DNA of 63,868 nt, the filler included, from Craspedostauros australis (lineage: Eukaryota): assembly GCA_030167865.1 (NCBI GenBank). It is 21 parts of 21 records of this genome, joined end to end, with 100 filler letters (N's around TTAATTAATTAA, not from the genome) between each part and the next. Parts side by side here need not be neighbours in the genome. Positions count along the whole stretch, not along the records: positions 60,011 to 62,525 come from JALAGF010002024.1; positions 62,626 to 63,868 come from JALAGF010002025.1; 19 more parts are not named here. One strand, given 5' to 3'. The position numbers and the translations under genes are program-made. Shown piece after piece: positions 60,190-63,868 of this stretch; the first letter of the stretch is position 1, and each line of letters begins with the position of its first letter. The notes beneath the pieces were generated by a model, which was not told the origin of the DNA, ran no database searches, and was given only the letters and a program-made list of their open reading frames with translations.

Positions 60190-61099
60190 CACTCTGAATC
60201 CATTTCGGTGTTCTTCGATTGGGTGGTGGTATGCTTCGTTGAATGTGTTCGGTTCGGTGTATTCTGTTGGATGGTCTTCACTTGTCATACCGAATTCCGC
60301 GGTAGAGTCGTTTGTGTAGACTGCGTTGTTGCCGTATAGCGCGTCGATGATTGAGCTGCCTGAGTCTAGTTGTTCCGGTGGTTCGTCTTCGGTGGTAGTT
60401 TCGTCGTTCTTGGCCTCGTCTCCCTCAGTTTTGCTCTTGTCATCATCCTCCCTTCCTGCTTCGTTGTCTTCATCATCTGAGTTTGATGTTTCAGATCTTG
60501 CATGGTCGCTGTTGAACACAGAAAGGTCGCTCGAGAATTTCTTGCCTGGAATGTTGTGGTTGGCGAGTTTCTTGAGCGCGTTCCGAGTTTTCACATTCAT
60601 TGCTTCTGGTGTCTTCTTCACTGGACGGGGTCCCTTCCTGCTGCGTGCTTAGTGGCGTCGCATCCGTTCAGTTCTCTCGATGTCCTGCTTCCTTGGTCTT
60701 GGCGGAGCTGTGATCGTTGGCGAGGTGTTTGCTGGTTCCTCGGCATCGTCAACTCTCGGTTGCTTTCTCGACGCAGTTGGTGTGCGGAGAATACTTGGTG
60801 GAGCTTTGGTGCTGACATTCTCTTCATCATCTGCGGGTGGTTCGTCAGGATCATCTGGTGCGAGTACATCGCTCTCTTTGTCTTCGATGGGATCGTTGAA
60901 TTCTTTATCATCGTCATCGTCGGACAGCACTTGGTAGCTGTTCTGGTCTGCGAATGAGACACGCTTCTCCTTCCGGTTCGCCTTGGCGATTCTTCTTGGG
61001 ACGGTTCTCTCCCTTCCAATCCTGATGAATCCGTCATCGCTGACTTTGGTTGATTGGTCACCATTGGTCATTGCAATCTGGTTGTCGCTCGGCGGGGTT
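60190..61099 (-). mobile_element. Decayed copia integrase-RT linker region, interrupted by an LTR
   Basis: Acidic linker ending TEPNTFNEAYHHP, typical of the region just before copia RT; frameshifted. Confidence 0.6.
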
Positions 61100-61666
61100 T
61101 GTTGGAAGGCTCCGCGCATGGAGAATCGGTAGTAGTCAACACTCTTTCTCAAAGTGTTTCTGTTACTGTTACTGATGTTGCTATTGATTGTTGATGAGCG
61201 AGCGTGGGGAATGAGATGATCAAGATGCTCTCTTGATCCATCTCTTCCTTGCTCTCATTGCTTGGTGCAATCCTCTTGCACCTCCATGCACATTGCTCTC
61301 ATGTTGCTCGTTGATGTTGACTTGATTGTCAATGTTGTCATTTCTCTCTCGTTGTCTTGTCGTTGTTCCGTTCTCGGGTTTTGTTGAATCTGATGATTGA
61401 TCGAATCTGATGGAAATATTTAAAACATATTTCATTCCTGTAGACCTGGTAGGTAAGGCCTTGAGGTGACGTCACGTGTGGTGGATACTGTGGTATCCGC
61501 TGGTATCGCGGTATCCTGTCATCGTAGTATCGCAGTATCCTTGTGGTATCGAGGTGGCATCGCTGTGACGTCATAGTTTTGGGTCGTGATTCCGCCACCA
61601 AATATTCTGGATGATGGCGCGCAAGTGTGACTGATGCATACACATCCGAGTACACACATTCCGACA
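61100..61666 (-). mobile_element. 3' LTR of a copia element
   Basis: Minus strand PPT ACAGGAAGGG|TGTCGGAA...TTCCAACA, with terminal inverted repeats matching 7/8. Confidence 0.8.
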
Positions 61667-61685
61667 CCCTTCCTGTAGGCGTCAG

Positions 61686-62525
61686 TCACTCGCTGCTGTT
61701 GCCAGTGTGTAGGTAGGTCTTCTCGTGCTCGCGCTGTAGCTCTGACTTGATGTTCTTCGTGAAGCCGTCGCTTCGATTGTTCTCTGACTTGACGAAGATG
61801 ATTTCGATGAGCTTGTCATTCACCATGTTGCGGACGTAATGATGGCGTACGCCGATATGGCGGGAGTGTTGCAATGTTGAGGGATTCTTCGCGATGAAGA
61901 TCGCTCCAACATTGTCGACTCTCACAGTGATTGGAGTCTTCACTGGCACTCCCACACTCTCCAAGAGTTGCATCACAAAGAAGATCTCCTTCGCCGCTTC
62001 GGATAGCGCGATGTACTCTGCCTCTGATGAACTGAGGGTCACTGCCTTCTGTGCCTTGGATCGCCAGAGGATAGGGACTTGACAGAGGTAGAGAATGAAT
62101 TCGCCGACACTGATGTGAGTGTCTTTGTCTCCGGCGTATTCGCTGTCGCAGAACATCTCCATGTTCCATGTGCTGCTGTCTGTCATGACGGGATGGATCC
62201 TCAGACCGTAGTGCTTCGTGTCGATGACGTATTTGATGATACGCCGCATCTCCTTGGTTGCAGCCTTGGTCGGTCCATCCAGTACCTTCGTCAGCTCTCT
62301 GACAGGGTTGGCGATGTCAGGACGCGAATGCTTGATCAGGAATAGAAGCATTCCCACTCCCTTGCGATAGTCAGCATGCTCTGCTGCATCCACCTTCTGC
62401 AATCCGTTCTCTTCGGATGGGCGAACGATGCTCTGGCTTGACGTCCCTGGCGTCGCGTAGCGCTGCATCTTCTCCACCTCTGCACCAAACTCGGTGATCA
62501 GGTTTCGGATCAGATGTGGCTGGCG
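61686..62525 (-). mobile_element. Copia RT C-terminus and RNase H
   Basis: SRPDIANPVREL, FCDSEYAGD, LSSSEAEYIALSE, VDNVGAI, SDGFTKN. Confidence 0.95.
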
Positions 62526-63436
62526 NNNNNNNNNNNNNNNNNNNNNNNNNNNNNNNNNNNNNNNNNNNNTTAATTAATTAANNNNNNNNNNNNNNNNNNN
62601 NNNNNNNNNNNNNNNNNNNNNNNNNGAGGTGCAAAAGTCAATGAACAAAACACCGCGATAGCCCGTGTTGTAAATTACGTCTTCTCACGATGTTGCTAGT
62701 AGTACGATCGCACGATTGATCGTATTCACTTGAGAAGGTCAGGGCAAGATTCGCACGTGTCACACCCAAGATCCAAGTCTGTCCTGATTGGGCAGATTGG
62801 CTCATCTTGGCAAGAAATCNNNNNNNNNNNNNNNNNNNNNNNNNNNNNNNNNNNNNNNNNNNNNNNNNNNNNNNNNNNNNNNNNNNNNNNNNNNNNNNNN
62901 NNNNNNNNNNNNNNNNNNNNNTTCGGAACGGAAAAGGTAAGAAAAGTGGAGATTTCTGATTGGTCGACGGGTGTCGCTATTGTTAGAGATTTAGCGTGCG
63001 CTAATAATTGGGATTGACGATGCCCAATGCACCATCGGGAACTTTGGAGCCTGTTGCTAGGAAGCAGCCAGCAGCATTCAAGAATGCAGCAATCAAGCCT
63101 GTGGCTGTTGCTTGTGGCGCCCCTCCGGATTCGAACCGCAGAGCAGATACAATCATGGGCGACCCAGGGCAGCATCTCAAGCGTTCTCCTCCCATGACGG
63201 GTGCCCATAATAGTCCAAAGAAGATGAAGTCTCAAGAGATTGTCGAGGACGGCAAGCCTGCAGCAATCGACTTCGCAGTCAACACGACTCTTCCCAGCAG
63301 TGACGGCAACAGTGACAGTGAGACTGAGGATTTTGATGATGAACTCGCAGACTTCTTTTCTCATGCCTAAACAACCAATTAGTAACATGAAGTATTTGGA
63401 ACAGTTATCAACTACAGTTCTCTACCTGCATTACCA

Positions 63437-63868
63437 TTAGATATCGAATATCGGGTGCCCATTGTCGAGCTCATACTGAATCAGAACACAGCATGTCTCA
63501 AATAAGCACTGATGCTTGTGCAGTTGGTTCCGGTAGCCGCCCGCGAGTGCCCTGAAATTCTTTATCCTCCCGTTGAAGCTCTCATGCCGTGCTCTTGCTC
63601 TGTTCTTGAACTTCCTCACAGCAGCAGAATCGCACGGATTTGGGGCACTGATTGTGGGCTCGTTGTTGTACCCCCCATCTGCAATCACCAGGGCATTTGG
63701 TGGGATCTTGGATTTGAGACCGCCTGGCTTGCGATACATCACAAGATCTGAAGTTGAAGCCGGAAATGGACCATTGATCCACACCAGCTTGCTCTCTGTG
63801 AGTGATATCCCAAGCTCATATGTCAGTCCGGCCGAGTGCGACTTGTGGGAGTACCACTTTGCTCCTGG
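63437..63868 (-). mobile_element. PIF/Harbinger transposase, C-terminal part
   Basis: KWYSHK...GLTYELG...WINGPFPA...IADGGY...RARARHESFNGRIKNF (DDE_Tnp_4-type D and E). Confidence 0.92.

Overview
Eukaryotic genomic DNA, almost certainly a diatom: it has a silicon transporter with EGMQ/GRQ motifs, GT-AG introns and CoDi-like Ty1/copia elements. The window is not contiguous. It is a pseudomolecule of 21 scaffolds joined by 20 artificial 100-bp linkers (44 N + TTAATTAATTAA + 44 N), so gene neighbourhood is only meaningful within a scaffold. Host genes: SIT (frameshifted), two ankyrin-repeat proteins, a BTB protein, an RFC small subunit, a GT8-like glycosyltransferase, an alpha/beta hydrolase, a secreted RXL/KSSK protein, two STAND/AAA fragments, and U-box, TVP38/TMEM64 and MaoC-like genes. 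A large share of the window is transposon-derived: several copia pol/gag pieces, three or more LTR families in nested stacks, two PIF/Harbinger transposases, a piggyBac end and two Sola3-like transposase fragments, plus several palindromic or periodic arrays. The most unusual items are a decaying cluster of orphan genes at 54.2-59.8 kb (possibly the accessory module of a multi-gene DNA transposon), a Sola3-like ORF with a hairpin array, an 11-bp periodic array, and a piggyBac end at a non-TTAA site. Family assignments come from recognising motifs by eye; no searches were run.
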